A stretch of 64,000 nt of DNA from an uncultured Gammaproteobacteria bacterium (GTDB lineage Bacteria > Patescibacteriota > Microgenomatia > Levybacterales > UBA12049). The notes beneath the pieces were generated by a model. It made no database searches, had not been told where the DNA came from, and worked only from the letters and a program-made list of their open reading frames with translations. This document shows positions 9,193 through 19,900 of the stretch, piece by piece. Where the stretch lies: assembly GCA_965230895.1 (NCBI GenBank), contig OZ246394.1, positions 29,723 to 93,722 of the forward strand, written 5' to 3'. Position 1 is the stretch's first letter; each line of letters opens with the position of its first letter. Position numbers and translations under genes: made by a program.

Positions 9193-9990
9193 CTAGAATA
9201 AGAACGGTAAATTAAATACTTTAATCCAAAAAACTGTATAAATCGCAAAGAAAACTACTGCACCTACAATATACAAAACCCGAAGTAAGGATGATGCTTC
9301 ATGAGGTGCGTTTGCTTGAGAAACTTCAGCAGGTGAAGGCAATGGCTGTGTGAATACTTGCGCTTGGGGTTCTCCTGGCGCAGGATTATACGGAGTGACA
9401 GGTGCCATAGGATCTGCATCTGGCGTTTGATTCGAAGAATCAAGTGATGAGAATGCCTGTGGAGATGCCATTTCAGGTTGAGATGGAGTTTCTGAAGGCG
9501 CAGGATTATTGAAAAAAGCAGACGGCGAACTGCTCGGAGTAGCAAGACTTGATGTTGGTTCGGATGGTATAGGAGAAGGCTCATTCGTCGCAAAAAGTGT
9601 TGCTGAAGGATCAGTTGTTTCAGGTGAAGTTGGCGATGGTTGTCCAAAAGGATCATTCATTGGGGGCATTGCTGGTTCTGTCGGCATGGGATTTGAAAGT
9701 GTTGGATCTGTGATCGGAGTTGCTGACGGTGATGTCGACAAAACATTATTTGGATCGCTAGTATTAATGAGCGGATCAGTAGCTGAAGCTGAAAGACTAC
9801 TTGCCATAGGATCTGACGGCATTGCTGTATCTGCCGGTGTCGGTGTATTCACCGGAGTATCTGTCGGAGTTGTCCCTGATGCATCGTGTGCCACACCCAT
9901 GATTCGATCATAAGTTTCGCGTGCTTTCGGGTCAAGGTGATTAAGGGCTTTTGGATCCATAAGGTCTCTTTTAATCATCCCATTTTTCAA
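9193..9990 (-). CDS. hypothetical Pro/Ser/Thr-rich protein with C-terminal TM anchor
   Basis: 265 aa of low-complexity P/S/T-rich sequence. It ends in the hydrophobic helix LLRVLYIVGAVVFFAIYTVFWI. It has no island leader motif. Confidence 0.6.
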   Translation of the reverse strand: MKNGMIKRDLMDPKALNHLDPKARETYDRIMGVAHDASGTTPTDTPVNTPTPADTAMPSDPMASSLSASATDPLINTSDPNNVLSTSPSATPITDPTLSNPMPTEPAMPPMNDPFGQPSPTSPETTDPSATLFATNEPSPIPSEPTSSLATPSSSPSAFFNNPAPSETPSQPEMASPQAFSSLDSSNQTPDADPMAPVTPYNPAPGEPQAQVFTQPLPSPAEVSQANAPHEASSLLRVLYIVGAVVFFAIYTVFWIKVFNLPFLF

Positions 9991-10057
9991 ACTTTATTGT
10001 CAAGGGTCAGCGGAATGTACCATTGGGGTAGAGAACCGGAATGTCAGGTTAACACTA

Positions 10058-10074
10058 ATACAGTTTGTTATAAT
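10058..10074 (+). promoter_or_regulatory. extended -10 promoter of island gene 1
   Basis: atacAGTTTGTTATAAT, with TGt-TATAAT ending at 10074, 12 nt before the ATG at 10087. It shares the AGTTTGT element with other island promoters. Confidence 0.45.
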
Positions 10075-10086
10075 ACGTCCTATTAG

Positions 10087-13053
10087 ATGAGTAAGACTCC
10101 AGAATCACGAGATGTACCTTCATCAATTTCACGCTCATTCGAACCAGGATCTGCAGATGCTGCTGTTCCAAAACGCTCTCGAATAGTTCCGCTTTCGGAT
10201 AGAGGTATTGCTCCACGTCCACGAGTGCGTTCTCTGCCTCCTGAAGTGACGGCTGCGAGAACTTACTTCCAGGGTTTGCAAAGAGAACTAAAACTTGATA
10301 CCTCAGATGATCCACAAGAACGAGCTGAAAACAGAGAATTACGCCAAGAGGTTTTAAAAGATGTGCGTGAACAAGACCAGGATTTTCATTCAGCTCAAGG
10401 AATAGTAGTAGCCGAAGCGCAAAAGCATCACGATGAGCGAGTTGAAGAACAAGGTGCTGAAGCTCATGAGTATTTTGCCACATATGCCGCAATGCTGAGA
10501 AGCGAACCTGATGTTGAGGTGCGACGTGCATTTGCGGATGAAGAGAAGGAAAGTGAGGAGTTTCAACACGCACGAAATGCACTACGAAGAGAACCAACTC
10601 CTGAAACGGTAGATTCTGAAGTAGATCATGAAGAAGTTTCCACAACAACCAAGGAAATCGTCGTCGTTGAAACCGGGCGTCTGCCTGAAATTGTTGTTGC
10701 TACCGAAGTGGTTGAAATTGATCCAAATATAAAGATTCGGGAAGACATAACGTGGGCAAACGAAGTTCTTGAATCTTCCAGTAATCTTCCTATGAGTGAA
10801 GAGGATGCTGGAAGCGGCTTGACAAAAATGGAGTATATAGAAGGTAAAGTAACCGGTATGTGGCAAGATCCGCAGCGTACTGAAGCAGCATTACGTATTT
10901 GGAAAGCACACAGTGGTTCAGCCGATTTATATGATCGCGCAAAAGAAATAGTGGGCAACGATGTCCAAGCCCGTTGGCAAGACGTGACACCTTCACAACT
11001 TGCTGCTTTTACTACAATTAATGCTCGTGGTGGTTATGTTGCAGAGGATTTTGGCGACATATTAAAACAATATTTTACCGGACCAAGCGATATGAAGCAG
11101 CGAGTTGATGCATATTATAAATTTGCTGATGCTGCAATAGATATCGTTGATGATGCAGAGGCTAGTAGAAAAGCAGCACAAATTGGTGTCTTTGAAACTG
11201 ATATTATTCCTCGTGACTCTGAATTTCTTACAGATATACACCTTGCAAGTTTAATGGGCTTTTACGACGAAGAGATGCGGGTAAAAGCGAGTATAGCAAG
11301 TCAAGTTGTTATGGCAGGAATTGCACGTTCTTCGGGGATTGATTATGTAAGTATTAAAGAGACAAACGATCAAGCTCTGCTCGCAAAGCTTCAAGGCGCT
11401 CGTCTAAACCGAGTATTTATTGCGATGAGGGACAGATCGATTCGAGAAAATTTTGCGGGGTATAGTAAAGTGAAAAATGTCTTGGTTCCAAAGCTTGAAG
11501 CGATGTTTGGTCCGAGCGGGAGCGGCACAACCCAATCAGTCCATGCAAAGATATATGAGAATCCTGAAATGATAGAAAAGGATCAATTTTTAGAAACAAT
11601 AGGAGGCATTACTGAAAATTATGGTTCTGATCCTATGTACGCAAAGTTTATGGACAAGTTGCAGTTACGTGCTACAGGAGGTGTGGTCCGTGTGCAAAAC
11701 GCTGAGCAGATAAGACAAACAGGTGAAACGCCTATGTTTATCAGCTTTAAAATACCTGGTACAGAATGTGTTCTCGATGTATGTATGCCAGCGTCTTTGT
11801 CTGCAGATAGAGGAAAACTTATAGAACAATTTATTGCTGACACAAGACCCATTGAAAGTGTAGCAGCGGACGATATTGGAATGTATACCTCATCTCTTAA
11901 GGTAAATGGGAAAGATGTTTATGCGATCTATCGCTCTCCTGATAAGCCAGAAGCTGAGCGGCATGATATTGATATGCTCAATGCGATCGGCTTTCCTGAA
12001 GTATCAGCTGAAAATATCCAAGTAGATAATGCCGAGCTAGCAAGAAAAATTGATACAGAACAAATTCGATTCACAAACACGCGTGGTTTCCGCGTCCCTT
12101 TGCAACATCCTGCACTAACTGCACTTGGGTATGAATATGTTGATTTCCGTAAAGATCCAAACCTTCTTCGTACGATGAATGCAACAATTCACGTAGACGG
12201 AGTTGACGTCACTGTAAAGCTTGATCAAGATTTCCGAATCGATCTTGAAGGTAAACACGCTGATATATCTACTATTGGACCTTCTGTACAAAATGTCTTC
12301 CTCTCTATTTTGTATCCAGCATTGTGTGCAGTCCATGCAAAAGATGAATCAGGAGAGGCAGTAGAAATTAATAAAATTGTAGCTTCAAGAGTGGGATATA
12401 TTGGTTTTGTCCGTGAAGGATATAACTTCTCAGCAGATCAAGCTGGATATCTTTTGCGCGATGAAGGAAAAGATCTAGCCACAATTTCTGAACAAAGAAA
12501 AGTGAACGGAGAGACGAGGAACTCTACGTATACAAGACCGAAAGAATCTGATGATCCGTCGCTTCCACCAGTGAAGATTTTCATACCATTGCCTGATGCT
12601 ACCTTCCCTATGCCTGAAGTCTCAACAAGTTCATTAACGATCATTGCACCACAGCCAGAGCAAAGACCTGTTAAGCAAGGACATCCATTAGGATTGACCG
12701 ATCTTGAAGAATATGAGCTTCAGACAAATCCTTATAGAGGATTTCAAGGAGCTTTACATGAGATAGATATGGAACTATCTTATATTTCTAAGGATCGTGC
12801 ACGGTTACTAAGGGAACGTGAAATAGCTCAACGTGAAGGCAGATCTGATGCAGGCGTTACAAAGAAATTGCAGGAGCTTTTTGACGATGAGAAGAGTTTG
12901 CGTGGATCGGTAACAAGCTTTGAAAAAGCGCTTCGTGAGGAATTTGATACAACGCCTCAGGCACGAACGATGAAGTTCCGAGATCGTCAGAGGTTGTCAG
13001 TACATGAGTTATTAGATTTGCTGGCAGCGCAGCATGATGAAGAGCAAGCGTAA
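10087..13053 (+). CDS. island gene 1: large hypothetical protein with N-terminal leader module
   Basis: 988 aa. Leader: MSKTPESRDVPSSISRSFEPGSADAAVPKRSRIVPLSD...RVRSLPPE. The rest has no motif I recognise. The C-terminal roughly 120 aa are charged and coiled-coil-like. Confidence 0.85.
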   Translation: MSKTPESRDVPSSISRSFEPGSADAAVPKRSRIVPLSDRGIAPRPRVRSLPPEVTAARTYFQGLQRELKLDTSDDPQERAENRELRQEVLKDVREQDQDFHSAQGIVVAEAQKHHDERVEEQGAEAHEYFATYAAMLRSEPDVEVRRAFADEEKESEEFQHARNALRREPTPETVDSEVDHEEVSTTTKEIVVVETGRLPEIVVATEVVEIDPNIKIREDITWANEVLESSSNLPMSEEDAGSGLTKMEYIEGKVTGMWQDPQRTEAALRIWKAHSGSADLYDRAKEIVGNDVQARWQDVTPSQLAAFTTINARGGYVAEDFGDILKQYFTGPSDMKQRVDAYYKFADAAIDIVDDAEASRKAAQIGVFETDIIPRDSEFLTDIHLASLMGFYDEEMRVKASIASQVVMAGIARSSGIDYVSIKETNDQALLAKLQGARLNRVFIAMRDRSIRENFAGYSKVKNVLVPKLEAMFGPSGSGTTQSVHAKIYENPEMIEKDQFLETIGGITENYGSDPMYAKFMDKLQLRATGGVVRVQNAEQIRQTGETPMFISFKIPGTECVLDVCMPASLSADRGKLIEQFIADTRPIESVAADDIGMYTSSLKVNGKDVYAIYRSPDKPEAERHDIDMLNAIGFPEVSAENIQVDNAELARKIDTEQIRFTNTRGFRVPLQHPALTALGYEYVDFRKDPNLLRTMNATIHVDGVDVTVKLDQDFRIDLEGKHADISTIGPSVQNVFLSILYPALCAVHAKDESGEAVEINKIVASRVGYIGFVREGYNFSADQAGYLLRDEGKDLATISEQRKVNGETRNSTYTRPKESDDPSLPPVKIFIPLPDATFPMPEVSTSSLTIIAPQPEQRPVKQGHPLGLTDLEEYELQTNPYRGFQGALHEIDMELSYISKDRARLLREREIAQREGRSDAGVTKKLQELFDDEKSLRGSVTSFEKALREEFDTTPQARTMKFRDRQRLSVHELLDLLAAQHDEEQA

Positions 13054-13117
13054 AACAAGAGTAGACTTATAGTTCAGATTGTATTATATAACTAGATTCG
13101 CTATAATACCGATTGCT

Positions 13118-14524
13118 ATGAGACCAATCGAGCATGGGCCAGGAAACGTTGGTGGAGAAGGGCGTGGATCTTTCACCAATGCAACGGCCGAGACACAACC
13201 AATGCGCCCTCACAGAGTAGTTTCTCTCCAAACGAGAGCAGAATCAGGTGGAAGAATTGTAGACACACCTCTGGTACAGAGAAGAAGAGAAGAAACTGCT
13301 TTACTCGTTCCATCTGAACAAATACTCCAAGGATTAAGTATCTCTAATTCAGTGGATCGTATAGCATTGCGACCATGGGATACAGCATATGGACATGCTA
13401 CATCTGAAAATGCAACTGATACGAGAGCTTCATTGCGACAAATTCCTGATTATACAGATCATGTTGCACAAGTTGTTGATGATCAGCGGGCAAGAGCTTC
13501 AGAACTTGGTGAGACGCCCGTAAATAGAGATCTTGCTATCACGGTCTTAGCTACAAATCATCCTGATGCGCCTGCATTGGACGCTTTCTCCAAGCAAGCG
13601 CGTTCGCTTGCAGATGCAGATATTTCCGATCGAGATGTTGAAATAATTCTGGGGGCAATGCGAGAAGAAGTAGGTGCAATTACTATCCCAGTCGCAGAGC
13701 AACGTGCTGAAAATCGGAAACGAGCTGAAGTCGTTGGCAATACCTCTGTACCGGATTTACCAACAGATATTCCAAAAGATTTGGCTGATGCATTTGGTAT
13801 TGATCCTCGGACAAAAGTAGACCCACGATATTTGGATATGCTTGAAGAGGCGCTCGATAGTATGCGTGATCCTAATGTTCCAGAAGAGCAAGTTCGTGTG
13901 GACTTGCAAGTCCCAACATATGGAGAATATCTTGATGAAGAAATCGCTGAAGGTGGGGATGCTGGTGTTGTAGCGCTTGTTCCCGAAGCTGAAGAGTTGG
14001 ATCGGATTGGGGAAGGTTTTGCTGCCTTTGCCGGATTGGATAACCCACGATCTGCATCTGCGATAGGTGTGGCAGAGCAATTACACTTACGTGCCATTCG
14101 GATAGCGCATGGTATGGATGCAGAACGAGATGCGAGAAGAGCATTAGATGCATCTAAAGGTGAAGTTGATACTGCGGCAACAATTAACCCTAATAACCTT
14201 GCCGAATCTTCTCACGTATCGCATGCACCTCGTACAATCCCTGTGCACTTTGGTGGTGGCTACAGAGATCAAGGCATACCAACGCTTGATGAACTGAAGC
14301 AAATGAGAGAAAAAGGAATTATCCCTCCATCCGCAAATGAAGGAACCGTTTTCCTGGACAGAGCCAATCTAGGACGAAGAGAAAGAGTCATGGCTCAAGA
14401 GCCAGAATTGATCCGTGATGGAAGCCCTCAATCACGTCCTGTGAGAAGTATCTATGGTACAAGTGCGTTGAGAGGTCAAGAACGAAGAAGTAGAGTGATA
14501 AAGCGACTTGACTCCGAAAATTAA
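13118..14524 (+). CDS. island gene 2: hypothetical protein with leader module
   Basis: Start moved to the ATG at 13118, where TATAAT ends 10 nt upstream (ORF-track start 13079 is TTG inside the promoter). Leader: MRPIEHGPGNVGGEGRGSFTNATAETQPMRPHRVVSLQ...GGRIVDTP. Confidence 0.8.
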   Translation: MRPIEHGPGNVGGEGRGSFTNATAETQPMRPHRVVSLQTRAESGGRIVDTPLVQRRREETALLVPSEQILQGLSISNSVDRIALRPWDTAYGHATSENATDTRASLRQIPDYTDHVAQVVDDQRARASELGETPVNRDLAITVLATNHPDAPALDAFSKQARSLADADISDRDVEIILGAMREEVGAITIPVAEQRAENRKRAEVVGNTSVPDLPTDIPKDLADAFGIDPRTKVDPRYLDMLEEALDSMRDPNVPEEQVRVDLQVPTYGEYLDEEIAEGGDAGVVALVPEAEELDRIGEGFAAFAGLDNPRSASAIGVAEQLHLRAIRIAHGMDAERDARRALDASKGEVDTAATINPNNLAESSHVSHAPRTIPVHFGGGYRDQGIPTLDELKQMREKGIIPPSANEGTVFLDRANLGRRERVMAQEPELIRDGSPQSRPVRSIYGTSALRGQERRSRVIKRLDSEN

Positions 14525-14559
14525 CCTCAGATTCTTTAAAAGTAAGGCCTATAATCATA

Positions 14560-15417
14560 TTGACTTATAACATTGACTCAGGTATAGTGCAGCAAGATTC
14601 TGCACCACGTGCTTTTGCTGGGTCAGGTGAAGGTCCTGTTCCTGCGCGACTGAAAGTTCGAGCTTTAACGGTAACACCCACAACAGAAAGATCTACAAGA
14701 CACATTGTTTCTCCAGCAAAATCTGGAGAGGGGAGAGAACCGTCTCGAACATCACATCCAGAACAAGCTACTGAAAAACCTTCACCAATTCCGAATAACA
14801 GCAAAGGTGCCCCAAAAGAACCAACAGCCGTCTATGTAAAACCTGAATCAGATGGTGCTGTTCCAAAAGATACTAGTGCAGCTCCAAAAAAAGGTATCTC
14901 TCAAGAGGAACTGCTTACTGCATTTGAGGCGCATCGGAAAGAGTTATTTGGCACAGCGCTTCGAGTAACTGGTAACTGGCAGGATGCTGAGGATCTTATG
15001 CAAGAAACATTCGTTAATGCATCACTCGCGGCTGATAATTATGCACACGGGAATATAGGCGGCTGGTTCCACAGAATATGTGTTAACCGTGGGTTGGATA
15101 TGCATCGAAAAAACGGTCGGAATCCCGTAGAAATGCCAGATGATGGAGCTCTGCCAGAACCCTTAACGATTAATGAACGTTCGTTGGGTGACCCGGAAGG
15201 ACATATGGAAAAAATGGAAGTAGCTGCAGAAGTTAAAGGACTTTTAGCGCAAGTTCAGCCAGAATTTGCAGATCTTGTATTAATGGCTGATGGATACGAT
15301 TTGACTTATGAGCAAATTGCTGCAATTAAGGGTAGACCCATCGGTACAATTAAATCAGGAATTCATAGGGGAAGAGCGAGACTAAGAAGTCTTAAGCGGG
15401 ATCAAGCTACAGAATAA
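14560..15417 (+). CDS. island gene 3: ECF-type sigma-70 family factor with leader-bearing N-terminal extension of about 115 aa
   Basis: Region 2: WQDAEDLMQETFVNA...GGWFHRICVNRGLDMHRKN. Region 4: LTYEQIAAIKGRPIGTIKSGIHRGRARLRSL. Leader: RAFAGSGEGPVPARLKVRAL plus a second copy TRHIVSPAK. The TTG start is uncertain. Confidence 0.8.
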   Translation: MTYNIDSGIVQQDSAPRAFAGSGEGPVPARLKVRALTVTPTTERSTRHIVSPAKSGEGREPSRTSHPEQATEKPSPIPNNSKGAPKEPTAVYVKPESDGAVPKDTSAAPKKGISQEELLTAFEAHRKELFGTALRVTGNWQDAEDLMQETFVNASLAADNYAHGNIGGWFHRICVNRGLDMHRKNGRNPVEMPDDGALPEPLTINERSLGDPEGHMEKMEVAAEVKGLLAQVQPEFADLVLMADGYDLTYEQIAAIKGRPIGTIKSGIHRGRARLRSLKRDQATE

Positions 15418-16881
15418 TTATTCCTTTTTATCTGAATTACGACCCCAACCTAATACTCTAAATTTTGACCTTTGAGGCCTTTCTGGAAGTGCTCGAACAG
15501 GAGGACGTTCTCTGACAATAGTTGCTTGAGCGGTTTGCGTTGTTGTACGAGCTCTAAAAGGAACGTCTTTATGCGCTATCTTCCCTTGAACTAATGTAAC
15601 AGATTCAGGGGCAACATGCATGAGCGCATCAGTTGATACTGTATGGCGTGCTTCATATGTTGTGGTTTCATCTGCGCTATCCGTTACTGTTGCGCCATCT
15701 TTTCCACGTACAGAATTACTTCCTCCGGAATGTGTACTTCTACTTGTCACAGCTCTCTGCCAATGCTTTCCAATGCTATCAGCGATAACTTCTGCATCTG
15801 GTCCATTTAATCCACCCAAACTTCCGGTCACTGCTCGGTCAGAACCTACCATAGCTTTTGTTGTATCATTTACTCCTCCAAATACAAATAATGTTCTTGC
15901 ACCTCGAGCTAAATTTTGCATTTGGGTATGTTCTAAGGTTTGTGCGTCTGAGTGTTCTACACCACTTATAACAACTTCATCCGGTTTCGGCTCATTACGT
16001 TCCTGATCCCAAGTCTGTTCTTCTGAACTGAGCAAATCTATATGAGCTGCCAGTAATCTACGCTTTGCAGGTAAGAATAAGCCTTCTGTAACGCCGTAAT
16101 TAAAGAATGTCGCTTCTTCACCGTCATTGAATCGTACGGGTTGTGAAAGATTATCTCCTCGTAAAAGTGCTTCCATATGTATATGAATTGGTCCTAGAAC
16201 TTCTTGCGCAGTTTTGACACTATTTTCACCTTTAAACAATCCCCGCATCTTATTCTCTGTTTGCACCGTAATTGGAAATTTTGGTTCTTTTCTTTCTGCG
16301 TTAAGTATTTCTGATATACCATTATACGCACCACCGAGAAGTGGTGTTTCCGGTTCTTTTTCAGCTAGCGTTTCAAGTACTCTAGTAAGATGAATAATTC
16401 TTGTTGTTGTCAATTCAGTATCTTCTCTTTCTGTGGGAGGCATAGAATCGACTACTAATTTTGCAGCTCTTGTATATTTTTCTTCATCTGGTCCGGACCT
16501 CTGTGCGTCCACGAGACGAGTCGGTGAAATATTCCTCCAATGGAGTGTCCCAACGCCTTGTTTTATAGCGTGATGTGTCAGATCATCTGTCGTTCGTTGT
16601 CCTGTAAGATCTGCTGTCCATACAAATTTCCTTTCAGCAACACTTGGGTAGGTTGCATATGAAATGGCGGTTGCTTGGTCTACTGGATCGGTTCCAATGA
16701 GGTGGACAATGTTAGCATCTTTAACTCCGTCATAAAAATGTCGTGGGGGAGTTGTAGGGAGAGAACGTACTCGAGTACGGACTGGAGCAGGCCCATCCGT
16801 GACAGTCCGAAATGTGCCTATATCACCTCTTCTATAATGTTCTAATCCTCCCATATTTCCTGTTTCACGTGGATGTGCCAT
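15418..16881 (-). CDS. island gene 4: hypothetical protein with leader module, downstream partner of the ATPase
   Basis: Leader: MAHPRETGNMGG...GTFRTVTDGPAPVRTRVRSLPTTP. It has its own AGTTTGTTGTATATAAT promoter-like element and a GAAAGGA RBS in 16882-16930. No Walker A. The C-terminal Ser/Thr/Gly-rich stretch (SRSTHSGGSNSVRGKDGATVTDSADETTTYEARH) is faintly reminiscent of coupling-protein tails, at very low confidence. Confidence 0.8.
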   Translation of the reverse strand: MAHPRETGNMGGLEHYRRGDIGTFRTVTDGPAPVRTRVRSLPTTPPRHFYDGVKDANIVHLIGTDPVDQATAISYATYPSVAERKFVWTADLTGQRTTDDLTHHAIKQGVGTLHWRNISPTRLVDAQRSGPDEEKYTRAAKLVVDSMPPTEREDTELTTTRIIHLTRVLETLAEKEPETPLLGGAYNGISEILNAERKEPKFPITVQTENKMRGLFKGENSVKTAQEVLGPIHIHMEALLRGDNLSQPVRFNDGEEATFFNYGVTEGLFLPAKRRLLAAHIDLLSSEEQTWDQERNEPKPDEVVISGVEHSDAQTLEHTQMQNLARGARTLFVFGGVNDTTKAMVGSDRAVTGSLGGLNGPDAEVIADSIGKHWQRAVTSRSTHSGGSNSVRGKDGATVTDSADETTTYEARHTVSTDALMHVAPESVTLVQGKIAHKDVPFRARTTTQTAQATIVRERPPVRALPERPQRSKFRVLGWGRNSDKKE

Positions 16882-16942
16882 AGTTTATCCTTTCATAAAG
16901 ATGTTCATTATATACAACAAACTTTATTTTTGCCAGTGAGCC

Positions 16943-19900
16943 TTAAAGATATCCATCTTCACCCCAGCCACGACTTAATGGTTGATCTGCCTGGCGTGGG
17001 TTTTCTACAATAACTTGCTCTTCTTGGGTTTTGAGTGCTGCTGTAACGCCTCCAGCGACTGCGGCTGTGATTCTTTCCATATCTATTTGCTCTGTATGAG
17101 CCCCTCCACCTGGACGTTCACGATCTCGTCTTCGATCTCTTCTTGCTACTTGTTGTTCCACATGAGCAATGACTTCATTATAAATTGTTGATGATGTGTT
17201 TTGGGTTAGTATTAATTCTCTAAGAAAATCAGCGTACTCATTTAGCCATGTATTTTCTGTTTCATTTTTATCGATTGCTTCAGTGAGGTTTGATCCAGTA
17301 CTTGTCTGTCCTATTCCTCGGTCCAGGATGAACTTTCCTGAACGCGGATTCTTGGCGAGGAAAATCATTTGTGTTGTGGGTATAGCATAATGAACATAGC
17401 TTAACTGTTCATCTACGGTATCACCATAAAGCTCTCCTCCTTGAAGCATAGCTTTGAGTTTTCCGTCACTTTCAGGATGTCTTCCGATCTTTTTCTGATC
17501 GATTCCTTGTTCATCTGCGAGTGCTAAAAAGCCTGTGAGCTCCGCTTTCACCGGGAACATCCAGTAATCTGGAAGAGTGTATTTAGAACCAGTTAAAGGT
17601 GGGTGTTGAACTTCATCATCTAGTGCATTGTGTACTTTTGCTTCTATATGGCTTATGTAGTCTTCTACTGGGATATCAGGTCGTAATACCTTTTGTGTTC
17701 GTGCACGAATTGTGCGTTCTGCAGCCTGGCGTACCAAAAAATTTCTTTCGGCTGGATCTCTATCTCTAAGATGCTCAAAGTAGTTTTTACCTTCTTCTCT
17801 AAGTTTATCGTAATTAATTCTCACCGGATCAAGCCCCAATAAAGTTGTCGCAGTTATTGTGTCAGTGAGAGCGAGTAGTTTACCCCCTTCAAGTGTTCCA
17901 TCAAGTACTCTACGAAGCTCTACCTTTTCCTCATCTATGAAGCGACGTCCTTCTGACGCATCTACTATGAATTTACTTCCTGGTAGTAACACATCGGCTT
18001 CTCCTTGCGGCATAGAGTTTGTATCGCGAACATACCCTCGGACAGGGAATGGCATGCCATCAGTTAACATGACTGCCGAGCGGTCAGGGTACGTTGTTAA
18101 TTCTTCTATCTGTGCATCAGTAAGTCTTACTGGCACTTTCATAGCATTTGCACCCGCTTCTCCTTTGGTACGCATAGGAATGTGTGTTCCGATGTTTTGA
18201 AGCATTTGTGTTGGTACAACGTCTGGACTTTGTCCTGCCACTACCAATCCACCTTTAAATTCTCTTAACTGAGCAAATAATGTACCAATTCTTTTTGTTA
18301 GCGGGCCTGGGGGCGTATTTGGATTTGATTCAACGAGTGTATTAATTTCATCAAGTACCGTGAGACATTTTGCACCCGCATTATGTTTGAGGAATCGTTG
18401 TTTTCGGAGTAGGACCATACCCATTACAAGAGCCTGATCTTTTGCATCTAATTCACTGATATCGAATACTGTTACTTGAGCATTATCTTGCGGAGCAAAA
18501 ATCTTGTTCCAATCCATTTGCTCACCACTAAAGAATACTCCTGAATATCCAGTGTTAAGCTGTTGGAGACGCTGTTCAAGGAATGGTTCTATGTTTCGTG
18601 CTTCTCCTTGATACTCCTGGTCTTGTACTGCTTCTTTTGCGACATCAATAAGATCCCAAAGAGTAGGGTAGACTGGATTACTTCCTGGGACGAGTGGTTT
18701 TCCTGTTTGGATATTCCAACCAAAACGTTCATAAATACCTTTAAATCCAGAACGCTTTCCCTTGATTGCGTCGGTTAAGAAACGGGTAGTGACTTCTGAA
18801 GAGATATTATCGTCTTGCCCAGGTTGACTTCCAAAAGCATTTGATACGACTGTGATTAAATCGTTTACATAACTTGCTAGTGGTGCTCCTTGTGGATCCA
18901 TTGGATTATCTCCGCCACCTTCAAGCAGCAAATTGGCAGGATTGATCTCTACAACTTTAACTCCATGCGGGTCGAGCATATCTGCAAGTATTTTTGCATT
19001 GGAAGGCTGACCCTCCTGTTTTCCTTTTGGATCGACAAAGAGCACTGGTCGTGCTTCTTCACCCGTAACAGCTTCAACTGTTAAAATCTGAAGAAGTCGT
19101 GTTTTTCCTGCACCAGATGCAGCCCACACACCAAGATGTTTGTCTAAATGAGATTTTGGGATAATAATAGGTCCGGCATCAACACCATAACGATCTTCGA
19201 TAGTTCCAATGACGAGAAATTTTTCAGGATGCTTTTCAAATTCATCTTCAAATGTTGTATTTACTGCGTATGGTTCTCGTGCTGTTTCTCCAACCCCATA
19301 CAATTCTCCTTGAGGGATTGATAAAAATCGTCGTAACATTTCAGCAGAAACACCTACATTATTTTCATCATATTCAGGTTCAGGAACGACTTGTCCATCT
19401 GGTCCTGGCTCAGGAATATTTGCTACAGCGTTCTCATATGAATTATAACGGCGAGGGTTAATAGAAATTGTATATGGCAATTGTGTTATCGATGCGTCGG
19501 CAACTGTATGCACGAGTTCATTCAACTCTTCTTCAGTTTGAGCGCCTACTACGATAGAGGGCCGTTTAAACCTTCCTTGGTGAACATCTCTTCGTAATTC
19601 TTCTACGAGTTGCTTCTGTTCTTCTGCAGTTCCTGCCTCTTCAATAGAATTATAGTCGCGTGCCTTTGCTCTATTATGCTTTCCGGAAGCAATTTCCTTT
19701 TTCTCCAATATTTCTTCCTCAGTAAAAGGTTCTGCAACTACACTAAATTCATATGCTCCATTATAAGTTATTAATGCAGAATCGAGTGCTAATCCTGGAT
19801 TTGTACCTACCTTTTCTGCTAATCCAAGAAGCTCACTTTGAACTGAGGGGACAACGCCATGAAATTGAACTTCAACTCGTCCCCAGTGTTTCATCTTTGC

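Noticed and set aside
13558..14097. Long antisense ORFs inside island genes: 13558-14097, 25064-25540, 26616-27116, 32001-32501, 33272-33568, 33803-34099 and others.
   Set aside because: These are shadow ORFs expected in the more GC-rich, stop-poor island sequence. Each lies wholly inside a longer ORF that carries the conserved leader, and none has its own promoter or motif.
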